A stretch of 55,895 nucleotides of DNA from Lobosporangium transversale. Taxonomy: Eukaryota. Numbering within the stretch: position 1 is the first letter of the stretch; the number at the start of each line of letters is the position of its first letter. The position numbers and the translations under genes are program-made. The notes under the pieces were generated by a model. It was not told where the DNA came from and searched no databases. It was given only the letters and a program-made list of their open reading frames with translations. Positions 26,205-39,234 of the stretch are shown piece by piece. The stretch is taken from positions 434,001 through 489,895 of the forward strand of contig NW_019029010.1 of assembly GCF_002105155.1 (NCBI RefSeq), written 5' to 3'.

Positions 26205-28691
26205 TCAAGCATCCATCCTTGAGGAAGGTCTTGAGGGGGGATATTGTTGTTGTAGACTATACTCGCCATCTCTATTATTGTCTTGGCCATGAATGTAAAT
26301 GTCCTGAATACGCTCATCAACTCCTTCATGTTTAATAAAAGGATACACAGTCTCGTCTTCGCCTTCACCATCCACCTCATCAGAACTGTTGTGACTCTGA
26401 TGACTCTGATGGCTCTCACGACTGAGTGAGCGATTCATAGTCGAGACATTACCGCCTGTAGCATTAGCATTTGCTGCCTCAGCAGCGGCTGCTGCCCTTG
26501 TAGCCGCTGCTTCAGCCGCAGCCATTCCTTCCTCCGTTTCAAAAAACGGCGTCATTGGTGGGAATTGTGGCAAGGGCGTGATCGTGTGACCACATTCTGC
26601 ATTATGGTTGTTCTGTGTCACCAAAATGCTCTCCACTGTCCTGAACCGTCTCCAGATCTCGCGGTTCTCTTGCTGGAGCAGCTCAAACTGTGAACGGATC
26701 TGATGGAGCTCCAAGACTTTTTGCTCCATATCCTTGATATAGGCCTTACGACGGTTCCGGAACGTCCTTTGAGCTGCTCGGTTCTGAGCTGCTCGGCGGG
26801 GATGGGTTACATTGGTACGAACTGGCCCAGCTGAGGAGGCTGTAGCTATGGCTGTGCTTGTGCTTGTGCTTGTGCTTGTCGCGGTAGTGGAAGCGGAAGT
26901 AGAAGTAGAAGTAGAGGTAGAAGTGGCAGTGGCAGTGGCAGTGGTAGCTGCTACTGCTGCGGCAGCAGCAATTGAAGCTGGCACTTGGGTATAGTTGGAA
27001 GGATAGGTCTCAGTCATGCGTCTCAAAGTGCGTGTTGTCGTCGACTTGATGTTGCCAGGGCCCGTGCTAGATGAAGATGTCCTGGCAAACTTGGTTCCTC
27101 GAGGGTTGCTCTCATCATCCACATGAGAACCAAGGAGCGATCCTCTGCCTGTTGGAGCAGCGGCAGCAGAGATACTTCTGGGCCTCTTGGCGGAACCACC
27201 TGTGGTTGCTGCCATTAGAGACGTAGATGGAGTCATAGAATTGCTCATCATCCCTGCAGCAGTCGCAGCAGCGAGCGTGTTCTGTGGAGTTGCGGTAGTA
27301 CCAAGTGAGCACGAGAAATCTGGGAGAGGAGCAGCAGCAGAACCAATAGAGTTTGGAGACAGTTGCGCCAGCGCAAACTGTGGTTGGTGGTAATGGCTTG
27401 ATCCTTGTCGCTTTCTCCTTGGTGAGGCAGGATGGACAGAGGAACCATTGTTGTTGTCCGTTGTCAACATCGAGCCTGTGGTAAGGGACGAATAGATCCC
27501 CTGCGAAGAATGAGGACGCTTTGGAAGAGGAGAATGTTGCTGCTGCTGCTGCTGCTGCTGGTATTGAAGAGAACTCATCAATGCTTCCTTTGATAAAGAA
27601 CTGGCTGAGGAAGTAGCCGAGGTACCCAAGAAAGGGAGCGAGGTCGGAACACTCGTTGGTGTGAACAGATGAGCAGAGCTGGCAGATGAGGTAGGGGAGT
27701 TACCCATCAAGGCCGATGAGCTTGTCACTGGGATCGACACAGACAGAGGCATGGACATGGGCATAGCAGAAGAAATCGCTGAACGGCCTGCGGTCGACGA
27801 AGCTGCTGATTCGTACATGAGTTGCTGTGATGAATGATGAAGAGAATAGGAGTGCTGTTCCATAGCTCGCTGTTGTTGTTGTTGTTGCTGAAGGCGCATA
27901 GTATGTTGTTGGTTCTGGTGGCGTTGGTGAAACAAAGAGACATCGTTATAGGATTGTTGCATCATGCGTTGGTGTTGTTGAGGTGACAAACCATGTGGAG
28001 ACCGTTGTGAAGGAAGGATGTGATGTTGTTGTGGTTGAGACATGGGTGATGAATGCATATCGAAGGTAGGATACATCATATACTCTAGATTTTGAGATTG
28101 AAGGCTGTTCTCTGTCTTGATAACTGAGAACGATGGAGAGGATGGTTCGCTAAGGGTGCCGATCATCATTGGTGAGACCATTGAAAAATGCATACTATGC
28201 TGTTGCTGTGGTGAAGGTGCTACTTGAGAAGGATGTTGAGTCTGAGGATTGGACTGTGGATGGTGTCGTGTCAGTTCTTGAGTTTGGATTTGGATCTGAA
28301 TCTGGGCTTCGTTGTCTGGAAAGGAGCGTTGGCGACGGAATTGATGTGATGGGGGATGAAAGGGTTGCTGGGATTGAGGATGTGGTTGGGATGGTGAGTG
28401 TGGATGGGATTGATGGACTTGAAGATTTTGAGGTTGTTGTGGTGATGTTGAGGATTGAGAGAGAGAAGGATGTTGAGAATGGTTGGGAGGATGCGATGAA
28501 TTTATGTATGAAGAGGAAATGGAGGCTGAGGAAGTCGGAGATGGGCCCAGAAGGAATCCTTGGCCAGAAGGTTGTTGTTGCTGTTGTTGTTGTTCTTGCT
28601 GTTGTTGAATAAAGTCCAAAACGTTCTCATTCAGCTGAGTATGCGATGCATTGAAGAATTGGTTATTCGGGAACATAAGGGTCTTGAGCAT
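26205..28691 (-). CDS. bZIP transcription factor (Yap/KapC-like basic region) with a Gln/Ser/Pro-rich N-terminus
   Basis: RRAAQNRAAQRTFRNRRKAYIKDMEQKVLEL...LQQEN gives the basic region plus zipper. 828-aa intronless ORF. Confidence 0.92.
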   Translation of the reverse strand: MLKTLMFPNNQFFNASHTQLNENVLDFIQQQQEQQQQQQQPSGQGFLLGPSPTSSASISSSYINSSHPPNHSQHPSLSQSSTSPQQPQNLQVHQSHPHSPSQPHPQSQQPFHPPSHQFRRQRSFPDNEAQIQIQIQTQELTRHHPQSNPQTQHPSQVAPSPQQQHSMHFSMVSPMMIGTLSEPSSPSFSVIKTENSLQSQNLEYMMYPTFDMHSSPMSQPQQHHILPSQRSPHGLSPQQHQRMMQQSYNDVSLFHQRHQNQQHTMRLQQQQQQQRAMEQHSYSLHHSSQQLMYESAASSTAGRSAISSAMPMSMPLSVSIPVTSSSALMGNSPTSSASSAHLFTPTSVPTSLPFLGTSATSSASSLSKEALMSSLQYQQQQQQQQHSPLPKRPHSSQGIYSSLTTGSMLTTDNNNGSSVHPASPRRKRQGSSHYHQPQFALAQLSPNSIGSAAAPLPDFSCSLGTTATPQNTLAAATAAGMMSNSMTPSTSLMAATTGGSAKRPRSISAAAAPTGRGSLLGSHVDDESNPRGTKFARTSSSSTGPGNIKSTTTRTLRRMTETYPSNYTQVPASIAAAAAVAATTATATATSTSTSTSTSASTTATSTSTSTSTAIATASSAGPVRTNVTHPRRAAQNRAAQRTFRNRRKAYIKDMEQKVLELHQIRSQFELLQQENREIWRRFRTVESILVTQNNHNAECGHTITPLPQFPPMTPFFETEEGMAAAEAAATRAAAAAEAANANATGGNVSTMNRSLSRESHQSHQSHNSSDEVDGEGEDETVYPFIKHEGVDERIQDIYIHGQDNNRDGEYSLQQQYPPSRPSSRMDA

Positions 28692-28777
28692 TGGCGGGAA
28701 AAAATAAAATAAAAAAAAATAAAAAAAAAAAAAAAAGTTGACGACAGGATCGGAAAGAGGGTCGATTCTATCAAACC

Positions 28778-28813
<36 letters not shown>

Positions 28814-31748
28814 ATCGAGGATAGCTTGGCGCCTTTTTTGGAATATATCGCACGGTTGATCGGTGTTTTTTTTCCGAATGGGTGGATTATGTTTATACGG
28901 ATGTTTGTCTTTTTACTCGACGTTTGTGTTCGTTGCTGAAACACGACAAGGAGGGAGGTAGGGCAAGTAGAAGAGAGGGGAAGGTTTGTGGACAGAGAAA
29001 AGGGGTGGCTTCTAGAGTAAATTAAAGTATAAAATATATTGTATTGAATCATTTAGTAACCTCAGCAAGAAGCACAAAGCACAGCATATCGTAAGCAATT
29101 CATACGATTTGTATTGTAATGCAAAAAAAAAAAAAAAATTTGCAGGATGGAAAGAGTACGACAGTGTAGAGTCATAAGGCAAGGGGGGGATTGCGCGGGT
29201 AAAATGCGGTACATGTAGGTTTTTTTGAGAGCCTTATCTTGGTCTGCTCGATTTGACTGAAAAAAAAAAAAAAGACAATTTTTTTTTCTGCGTCTTGTGG
29301 CTGAAGGTTGCACACAAACACAATGTACACAAATATGTATGTAATTGTATACATTCTAAAAGTTTTGTGTAAGTAATCATGGGTCCATTCTATTTTTTTT
29401 TTTCTTTGTTTGTTTGCTGACCTATGATGCCAGATACTAGAGAGAATAACTAAACGAGTCACCACTTTCTGCATATATAATATGCTATGCTGGGATATCA
29501 GTTGCAATTAAAAGAATAGAGTAAACTCTTCCCCAACTGTATTCATAAATGTCTATAGTTCTTTTTTTTTTTTTTATATTAATAGTTCTGGAAGGATAGG
29601 CATAACGGGCATATTTCAGTCAGAATGTTCGATACAACCTATGATCGAATATCTTTATGCCCGAGAAGAAGGGTAGTGTGTGTGTGTGATGATGGAGCCC
29701 ATGATCGGTTTTCAGGGGAAGGATAGAGTGCAACTAAGGGGAGGAGAGAAGGAAGAAAGGTGCAAAGAAAACAAAAATGATTGGAGGAGGGATGACAATG
29801 ATTGCTTACATGTTTTTTTTTGAAGTGTGTTATATTAGATGGATATGTAAGAGAAATACAGAATGATGATGGTGATGGTGATGATGATGACGAAGTACTT
29901 TCCACGGCAAAAAAAAAAAGTAAAAAAAAAAAAAAAAAAGGTAAGCAAAGGGTTTTGAAATTATTATTGTTTCTATTCCAAAATGACATTAATATTTTCT
30001 AGGCATTGGGCTTGGATGTGCAATGGTACGATGGGCGGGGAGGAGGGGAAGGGAAATGGTCGAGTGATTGGGTGCCAAGGCTGGATTAATTTTTTCACAA
30101 TCATGCAGGAAGCAGGACTGACAACTATAATTGAACAATTGGAACAAACCAACAGAAAGAAAGAAAAATAATGAAAAAGACAATACATACTAACAGACCA
30201 AATGAGACGTGAGTTAAGGATTAGACGAAGGAAAAAAAGAGCAATGATAAAGAGACTGAGGAGGAAAAAGAAGAGAGGGAGAGGAGAGAGTGAAAGGTAT
30301 CAACAACAAAACTGGACAAAAGAAAAAAAAATATTGTAATCGTCAATTGAGGAGGAGCGAGAGGGGGCGAACGATCTGATTTTATACGATTTCCTGTGGG
30401 CAATAGTGTAAGGACTGTAACGCATCTTGTTTTCTTTTCGATGTGAGAATGTGCACGGCGGCGAGAATAAAAAAAAAAAAAAACAGATGGGAGTGATTGA
30501 TTGAAGGAACGTACCCACACATGTCGAGATAAAATGTACCATGCTCCTTTTGTCTGTGAGGCCCCTCTGTGTCTGCCAGAAGTAAAGTAAAGAAAACAGG
30601 TTGTATAAATAGAGAGTAACACATGCGCGTCTTTTCGTTGACTTTTCGCTGTGTGTCACACACACCCCTCTCTCTGTTTCTATACTAAAAAGTATTTGGA
30701 TGAATTGAATGTAAGAGTTCTTTTATATATAATTCAATTCACTATTAGCTAAAGTCTATCTTTGAAAACCAGATTCGCTGCAACGATTTGAACTAATAGC
30801 GATGCAACTCAATAGTGTAATATACCAAACTATGATAAACATGGATATATTAGCACCGATATTCTAATACAATTCATTCTCTCACAAATCATAGTTGCCG
30901 GGTGGGGGCATTGCAGAAAAGTCATTGTTTATGCCACTATATACTCTCTCCTATTTCATCCGCAGGCTGTAGCTAACTGGTTCTTATTCCTTATTCAATC
31001 AAATGCCTTACACTTGTATACATATTCTATCTTTTTTCGTTTCTTTCTTTCTTAAGACCCCCCCCCCCCCCTTCGGAATGACTTGCCATCTCAGATGGAT
31101 CCTTGGTGCTGTACCCAGTCCTAGTCCCATTAACAGTGATCTCCTCTCCTGACAAAGGAAGGATCAATCGTCTTTTCTTTTCACTCTAGTTCTTATTCTA
31201 TTTTGTTCTATTCCATTCTATTTTATTTTATTTCATTTTTTGTCTCATGATCAATCTACGAACCAAAAGAGCCTGGGGAGGGATGAATAACAAAAACTTT
31301 TGGAAATATGAAAACATGAAAAGTATGGCCTTTATTGATGAATTACAAAGGCTCCGTCAGCTCCCCGTCAACAATTTGATCCGGTGTTTTAGAACTATGA
31401 GCTTCAATATAATCGGATACGCAATTGAAGGACTAATAACGAGAGGCTCCTTGTACTTGAACAGACACTAAATAAAAAAGAAAGATAAAAAGAAAAATCG
31501 GCACCATCTAAATTGAAGTCTATTCGCTGATTGGCAAGGGGAGGAGAGGGAGGGGGGGGGGGGGGGCCAACTTTCTAAAAAAAAAAATTCTCACGGTGCT
31601 ACAGACTCAGACCGATTCCTCAACGTCTTTTTTTTTTTTTCTCTGTATCTCTTCAACCTTGTATATCTAGAGATTTGCCGATTCTCTAAAGCCAAAATAA
31701 AAAAAAGTAAAACTAATACGAACACCAATACGAAACGAGGCAGTAATG

Positions 31749-31779
<31 letters not shown>

Positions 31780-32250
31780 TGTTCTAATGTGGCCCATCTC
31801 CTTTATTTACTTTACAAAGCAAACAGGATTGAGGGCGGTTGTATGAGATCTACTGTTTTTGTTGAATGTGGTTTGCGTTAAAAAGTTTTTTTTTTTTTTA
31901 TTATTCTCATTAATATTATAGAGGATATATAATATTGTTATTCATGAAGGCTCAACTTTGTCTATATCTTCTCTTTCATATTCACGCGACAATTAGCCTC
32001 AATAGGCATGAGAAAGCTCTTTTTTATTTGCTCGTCCCCCTTTGACTATTTTGTGTCTCTGTAACACAACACGAAGAAGAACGTTTTGAAACTCTTTAGG
32101 AAAAACACGAAACAAATATACTTTTGACGACTAAAGAAAATAAAAAAGCTTTGGCATTTGGTATTTACTATAAACACATGTCAATATCGTGCGAATCTCA
32201 TCGAGGCTCTGACATTTCCGGTGTTATTGCATGTCACTGGGGTCTGGACC

Positions 32251-32251
<1 letters not shown>

Positions 32252-32300
<49 letters not shown>
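32252..32300. repeat. (TAT)n microsatellite
   Basis: About 16 trinucleotide units. Confidence 0.9.
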
Positions 32301-32301
<1 letters not shown>

Positions 32302-32832
32302 GTATTATAATATTATAGTAATATTCTTACCATTATTTTAGATCTTTGTAAACCATTATTTTAATTATTACGATCATTATTATTGTTTATTGCCCCAATA
32401 ATCCAATAGCAAATAGAAAAAGACTTGAAAAACAAAATATATAAAATAAAATAAATCAACGACGAGCCAGCCTCCAATGAATGGCAAGTTACCAACTTAG
32501 TGCCCCCCTATGAAGGGCCTTAAGGAGAAGTTGAGCCTTAATCGTCATAAGGAATCATAATGTCTTTGATCGGTTTCTTTTTTTTTTTTTTTTAGCAAGT
32601 TCATTAATTAGAATGCAAATGAAAGCGCCGATTCGCATAGGAAACCAAATAGTCTATATTCCCATCACCCTGCTCTAGAGCCAACAGTGACATGGTATTA
32701 AAATAGTTACACCTATCGGTAGGTAGGAAAAACCCTTCTCTCACTCTATCTTCCTCGCCTCCCCTCCTCCTCCCTCCCTCTCCCCCACCCCCCCCCCCTT
32801 TTTTTTTTCTCGTGCTCTTTATTAAAATATAG

Positions 32833-32868
<36 letters not shown>

Positions 32869-34550
32869 GAAAGACAAAGGAAAAAGGAAAAAGGAAAATC
32901 AAAGTGATGATGTTGTCGCTTTCTTTCTTTCTTACAAGGAATGAACCATGGGGACATGCTTACCCGTTGCATGTGAATAGTATATTTATTTTATGCATGT
33001 TATTTTTTATTTAATTTTTTGTTTTTCTGTCGCGTAACTAAATGGGCAGCTTGATTGATGACTTTTGGAGATGATGAATAGCTCCAGAGTATAAGACATG
33101 TCATCGCTCTTTTTTTATTCTTTCAACATCTTTCTATTTTCCATAACCGGGGCATTAGGGCATTAGGGCATTAGGGCAATTAGAACATTCTCTGGACCCC
33201 CTTACCTTTCCCATCTCCACATGCAAGCGATTGAAGTTTATATTGTGATCGTTGATCTTGATCGAGAGAGAAAAAAACCAAAAAGCTATTTTGCTCATGG
33301 TACAAGATATATACTCAAGATACACGCGTTCGCTCAGTTTTTTTCTAAAAAAATTTATTGTGTTTCTAGTTGGTCCGAGAGCAACGCTTTATTTCTTTAT
33401 TTTGTTGTGAATTGTAAATGTTTATTTTGAATACAAAGTGATGGATGAACGCATTACCATCTCATCATGGAGCTCTCTCTCTCTCTCTTTTGTGCAAGTT
33501 GACGCAAGGATGAACATAAGTATATACCCTAAAGAGGTACATCCGTTCTACCCTGAGATTGACCGATGTAAACGCCAGGTTCTCTCTCTCCTGATCCTAT
33601 CTAATCCTATCCATTCTTTTCCTTTTTCTCCCCTATCCCTCACCCCTATTCCATAAGGGTTATAAAAGTGCAAGGGTCACTGTATCCACCATTACTGGGG
33701 TAAAGTTTTTTTTTTTTTTTTAGGCGTGCATAAGATTTTCTAATTGATAGGGGAGAGAAGGGGGGGGATACTGTAGCATGATGACTTTGGTGTTGCACAA
33801 AAAGCATTGACTTGTGGTCCCCGCATTTTGTACCCACCGGTGCGGAGTAAACAGATCATAACCGAATCTGTTACAGCTTTGTCTTTTCCTCTCAGTCTCT
33901 CTGCATTGTTGTTTACACATTCGTTTTGTTTATTTATTTATTTTGTCTGCACAGAGCTCAACAAAAAATATCAAAGACGAAACAGATTACCAAAGCACAA
34001 TGCTTCTAAACAGTTTTCTCTCTCATTCATTTTTTTATATTTTTTTTTATACATATATTTCTTTTGCCCAATGCGAACATGGGCTTGTCTATTCACATGT
34101 TCTACAGTCTGATGTGAAAGAGAGGGAAAAGACAAAAAGAAGTTGAGACAGAGAGAGAGAAAGAAAAAGTAGGAAAGAGCAATGAGGAGCCCAGGTAGTC
34201 TCTGCAATAGGAGGAATGCAAATATAAAAATGATCCGTTACTTGTTCATCGAGTTATACTGTGTCACGATCACTTCAATAAACATCGAGAGCCATTGATT
34301 ATGCTGACGAGTCCCTCTCCCTTCGTTTTCTTTCACTCCTTTCCATTCCCTTTATTCTCTCCAACACTCATCTATTTTTCATGATCGACACTTCGGACAA
34401 TAATTAGGCGGGAAAAAATAATAAGACGCCGATGACCACTCTATACCGCTGAATGGCTCACAATTTCTTTATTCCTTCTTTACCCCTGATATGCTTTTAT
34501 GGGTCATTAATATCATTTTTGAGATCATTAGTATATAAATACCAACTGGC

Positions 34551-34581
<31 letters not shown>

Positions 34582-35846
34582 TCTGCACCATGGAAAAAAA
34601 AAAAAAAAAGAGAAACGGTATAACGGAAAAATAAGAATTTTCCTTTCCTTGCTAATAGTCTATGCACAGGCATGTATGATTGTTTAATTATGCTGTCCTT
34701 TTTAAACTTTTTATTTTTATTTTTTATTTTTTAATCTCGATCGCCAGGTGGAAAGTTAGTATAGGGGGGAGCATGAGTGCATCAATTGTTTGTCTTCCGC
34801 GGAGTGCAACTCTTTGCTGCAGTTCGGACAAAAAAAAGAAAAGAAGAGAAAAGGTATCCCTATTTTTTTGCGTTTTTTTAAAGAATGTCCCCTTTTTTTC
34901 CCGTATTGTCTTTTTCTTCCTCTCCCTGGAAGCGAAGGGAGTAAAAAGAAAATAAGAAAATAAGAAAACATGCAGTTTTTCTTGTTGTTTTGTTCGGTGA
35001 GTTTTTTTTTTTTTTTTTTTTTTTGGTTACACATTCGCTTTGCATGGTGGTTAGGTCTCAGATTAAGCAATCATAAAGTGGGTGATGCCCAATGTCGGGG
35101 TCATTGACGAGGAGGGGGCTTTCTTTCTTATTTTCTTTCCTATTTTAGTGCGCGTCATATTTGTTTACTTTTGTACGACGTGGTAGGGGGTCTATTTACC
35201 TAACAGAACTTTGATCTTTTCTAAAAAATAAAGACACTTTGTCACCTTTTACACCTATGAATCTTTTTTTTTTTTTTTTTTTTTTTTTTCTTCTTTGAAT
35301 AAAGCTATCCTATAGATACGCTTCTCCTCTTCAGAATAAGCAAACATGCAAAAAAAGAAAAAAAAAAATTGAATGTTATTTTTTTATTTCCACCCCTTGA
35401 TTACACAACCCAAGATTGGCTTACTACTTTTATACTATTTACCCTTTGATCCAGGGTCTAAAATTGTGCAACGTAAATAAATAAAAAAAACGCGTAGATT
35501 TGTCATTGTGTCAACAAACACCGCTTTTTTTTTTTTTTTTTTTTTTTTTCCTCCTCGGGACAACATTGTCCTTGAACAATTCCCTACTTTACTTGAACTT
35601 TTTTCCTCGCGCATAGTTAAGCAAGCTAAAAGTAAAGTTTTTGTTTCTTTTTTTAACCTTATCCCGTCTGCCTTATATTTTTTTTCCTTCTTACCTTTCG
35701 GATATATAATTGCATGTAGATGAAGGGAGAAGGAGATGAAGTTTTAATCGCCTTGGCTCTTCTGGATCCTGACTGCCAATAAGAAAACAAAACAAAATAA
35801 AATAAAATAAACGCGTGAAAAATTTTAATGTACAAAATATATACTT

Positions 35847-37991
35847 TTATCTCCACCAACAGGGACGACTCCGGCTATGAGTCCCTTTCGATCTACAATA
35901 ATGCTTGCGCTGACGGTACCAAGGTTCATCCAAAAGATCGTCTATCACACCGTTCTCATCTCTCTCACAGTAGTACCACCAATCAACCATCGGTCTCCAG
36001 TAACCATACTCCTTATGGCCTTCATCCTCTTCACCCTCATAGGCTTCGCCATCTTCACCTACATCGTCCAGTGTCTCTGTAGGCCTAGGCTCTTTCTTTG
36101 CAACTTCAAGCATACGTAGAACCGCTGATGATTGGAATTCAAACCCGAGCCATTTGAGATCTTGTTTTGTACATTTCAATCCCAAGCCGCTGCTGAGCTG
36201 CCGCTTCTGTTTTCCCCATTGCCGTGAAGCCTGAAGGGATGGGGCTTCAGACCAGTCAATGGCCCACCCATCATTATTGTTCATAATCTCGAGAACATAT
36301 TCCTCTGACAAGGACTGGAACCATGAAGGACGAATCCATTGAAGTTTAAGAACCCTTAGCGATTTGAGCATACGTAGCTTGCGATAGAGTCCTCGGATCA
36401 ACCTAATCAACTCCAGGTTCCCTCGAGCGGAATTAACCATATCCTCCCTTGCAATACCGATATCCATTTCCAATACTTCCAAACCATGGCAGACCCAATT
36501 AGGTTGCTCCGCCATCGTTCTGAGGTCTACCCCCTTCCAGGTAATATTCCATGATTCATCTATAGAGATTCCGCTCCGAAGGCTTAATTCTTTCAGATCT
36601 GGACAGCGAGCTAGTATCCAAGCAGGGAGCGTGGACGAGTGCTCAGCACAGCAAGTCAGTCGGAGGGTTTGAAGCTTAGAAATTGGTTTACAAGAGTGTG
36701 TACACTTGATATCACCGCAGGGACTAGTTGAAATATGGTCTGGCTCCGAAGTGCTGATACAGCTCCCAATAATAGCCTTGATGAGGATGTTGTGTACGTC
36801 AAGCATCAGGCCCAATCCCAACTCGCGAATGGGGCTGTGGTAGAGACGAAATGAAGGTGTTCGATCCGCTCCTCCTAGCGCCATCTCTCCCTCCTCAGCT
36901 ACCACCTCGTCCTTGTCCAGCTGTCCTCCTCCCTCCTCTTCTCCTCCCTCAACCAGCGTATCCTCATATGGCTTGCTCGAGTACAAAAGTCTCACTGCCG
37001 AACCAGCCCAGAGTCCAGCAAGGTTAGTCATATACGATAACTCACGATTATTGATCCTCAATGCCCTCAACTTGCGACAAGTCAACCGTATTATTTCTAC
37101 CATCTCGTATACTTTCCCAAAAGCAAGCTCGGGGACATTAAACTCGAGAAGACCTGGAGAGGACCTCAACAATGGGAACAGAATGGCCTCTTCATACGAA
37201 TTCATTTCTGAACAAAAGCGTAGTTGATGTAACAAAAACGGCAGCTTCCGGTTGGCAAGCGCCATAGAAGGAGAGCTTTCGGAGGCTCCCCACCCGGAAC
37301 TATAACGGGACCGTACCCCTGGGCATGCAAAATCTTGCAGGGCCTTGGGGCAATGAAGGATCAGTTGGATACATTCTTCATGACCTATCCAACACCCTGT
37401 CATATCGATCCGAGTTAAAGCTTGGTGTTGTGACAAAGACATCAAGACTCTATCAGTGAGAAGAGTGCAGGTTTGACCCTGCTGGCCCGAGTTCCTCCAG
37501 GTTATTTCAGACTGAATGACGAGTCGCTCGAGTTTGGGATTAAACTCTATTAAGTTCAGTGCATTCGACTTGGGCGTAAGAGGAGATTGACGGGTATTGT
37601 AGCCAAAATAGTTCTTGCAGTGGAGCTCTCTCAATTGGGTAGGCGTCTTGGAGTAGGACATCGTCTCATCGGCTATTGGAGAGATCATAGGGGTAGTTGC
37701 TCCAGCAGTAACTGTAGTAGTGCTCATCGACAGTGCGTCTTCAAGAAAGTAATCGGCAGTATAGGTGTCAACAGCAAGGAGTCGGATCCGATAAGCGTTC
37801 TCAAGGATATTCTCGGTTTGCTCACATGATAGATTGATAAAATCAACCCGATGGTACCGGTATGGATCTATGGCCGTGTTCCATGATCGACAGACACGCC
37901 AACAACTCCAAACGTCAGTAGTTGTTAAATGGGAAAGTATATTGTCTACGAGAAGTGGAATATTAAATATTTTGTGAAGATGAGAGGACAT
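35847..37991 (-). CDS. F-box protein with an LRR/RNI-like C-terminal region
   Basis: The N-terminal IFNIPLLVDNILSHL..DVWSCWRVCRSWN is an F-box. LRR-like CPKALQDF, CRKLRALRI, CPDLKELSL and WVCHGLEVLEM follow. 714-aa intronless ORF. Confidence 0.88.
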   Translation of the reverse strand: MSSHLHKIFNIPLLVDNILSHLTTTDVWSCWRVCRSWNTAIDPYRYHRVDFINLSCEQTENILENAYRIRLLAVDTYTADYFLEDALSMSTTTVTAGATTPMISPIADETMSYSKTPTQLRELHCKNYFGYNTRQSPLTPKSNALNLIEFNPKLERLVIQSEITWRNSGQQGQTCTLLTDRVLMSLSQHQALTRIDMTGCWIGHEECIQLILHCPKALQDFACPGVRSRYSSGWGASESSPSMALANRKLPFLLHQLRFCSEMNSYEEAILFPLLRSSPGLLEFNVPELAFGKVYEMVEIIRLTCRKLRALRINNRELSYMTNLAGLWAGSAVRLLYSSKPYEDTLVEGGEEEGGGQLDKDEVVAEEGEMALGGADRTPSFRLYHSPIRELGLGLMLDVHNILIKAIIGSCISTSEPDHISTSPCGDIKCTHSCKPISKLQTLRLTCCAEHSSTLPAWILARCPDLKELSLRSGISIDESWNITWKGVDLRTMAEQPNWVCHGLEVLEMDIGIAREDMVNSARGNLELIRLIRGLYRKLRMLKSLRVLKLQWIRPSWFQSLSEEYVLEIMNNNDGWAIDWSEAPSLQASRQWGKQKRQLSSGLGLKCTKQDLKWLGFEFQSSAVLRMLEVAKKEPRPTETLDDVGEDGEAYEGEEDEGHKEYGYWRPMVDWWYYCERDENGVIDDLLDEPWYRQRKHYCRSKGTHSRSRPCWWR

Positions 37992-38446
37992 GATTTAAAG
38001 GAAAGGAAAAAAAAGGAAAGAGATGGACGGAGCTAGAGGAAGGAAAAAAAAAAAAAAAAAAAAAAAAAAAAAGCAAAGAGAATGAAGTGAGAGCGATGGG
38101 GACGACTGTGGGGCCGTAATGAGAAAGCAGATTATACGGCAGGAGACGTGGTTTTTTTATAGAAGTTTTAGAAGTGCGAACTGAGGAGACAGTGGCGGTG
38201 GCGCATGCAAAAGCCTTTTTTATAAATTGAAGGCGTATACTTGGGGGCGTTAAATTGTAGTCAAGGTTGCTCATTTTCTTTAGAGCCGCAGTAACTTTAT
38301 TTATTTTGTTCGGAATTGTTAGACGCGTTTGCCGTTCACAATTGGAAATTAAGGTTGCTAAGGCTAAGGCATTAAACAAATATAACACACTATTACACAC
38401 AACACAATAACTGAGGACATTCATGGTGGCCTCATATTTCAGAACT

Positions 38447-38447
<1 letters not shown>

Positions 38448-38504
<57 letters not shown>

Positions 38505-38529
38505 AAAAAAAAAAAAAAAAAAAAAAAAA
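38448..38529. repeat. (AAC)n microsatellite running into poly-A
   Basis: About 18 AAC units followed by an A tract. Confidence 0.9.
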
Positions 38530-38753
38530 TTAGGCGGAAACAGGATGTTTGCAGAAGAGCTCAATAAAAATCAAAAAGAGGCTCTTTTTTTTATGAGCAT
38601 ATTTTCTCATCGAACTTGGGGCTGTTGCCGGGAGCCCGGGCAGAATCATTTTTTCCCTCAAGAACAAGAATAAATGTTAACCTTGATTCCATGGCCCGTG
38701 TACATGGAGAGGAGGGAATGGTAACGTTGTCATCCTGTGTATATCCCTTTTTG

Positions 38754-38792
<39 letters not shown>

Positions 38793-38909
38793 AAATGCCC
38801 TCTAATTAATTAGCGCGGATTTTAAAAAGTCATAGAGTGAGAATGAAAGTGGAATATTTATAATTGCTAATGCGAAGGAGATTGGCGATGGGTTTTCCAT
38901 GTACAGTAC

Positions 38910-38942
<33 letters not shown>

Positions 38943-39034
38943 AAAAGGAAACATAGAAATGGCTTGAAGGAAAGATAAACTCTAAGCCTTTTCTTCTTTC
39001 AAATCGGGACAAAGCATGATACTATATATATATA

Positions 39035-39220
39035 TCGCCAATTTCATTTGGTCATGATACCTTATATTTTTAATCTAAAAACGATGATTGAGTTGTTCTG
39101 GTGGCATTTCACTACGTGACGGACTTGCAACAATACTCGCAACAAGCGAGCCAATTGGCTGCCAATACACTCGAAAGTATTCAAAAAATATAAGGTATCA
39201 TGACCAAATGAAACGGGCTA
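39035..39220. mobile_element. MITE-like element A (~186 bp) with 30-bp perfect inverted repeats, flanked by TA runs
   Basis: TTTCATTTGGTCATGATACCTTATATTTTT (39042-39071) is the exact reverse complement of 39184-39213. (TA)n lies on both sides. No ORF. Confidence 0.7.
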
Positions 39221-39234
39221 TATATACGTTTATA

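Noticed and set aside
33150..33183. (GGCATTAG)n containing TTAGGG, a possible interstitial telomere
   Set aside because: An 8-nt unit with only about 4 copies is an ordinary short tandem repeat.
18230..35846. Many short ORFs rich in poly-F, poly-K or poly-Y, and antisense ORFs over real genes
   Set aside because: These are translations of homopolymers, microsatellites or shadow frames with no domain-like content.
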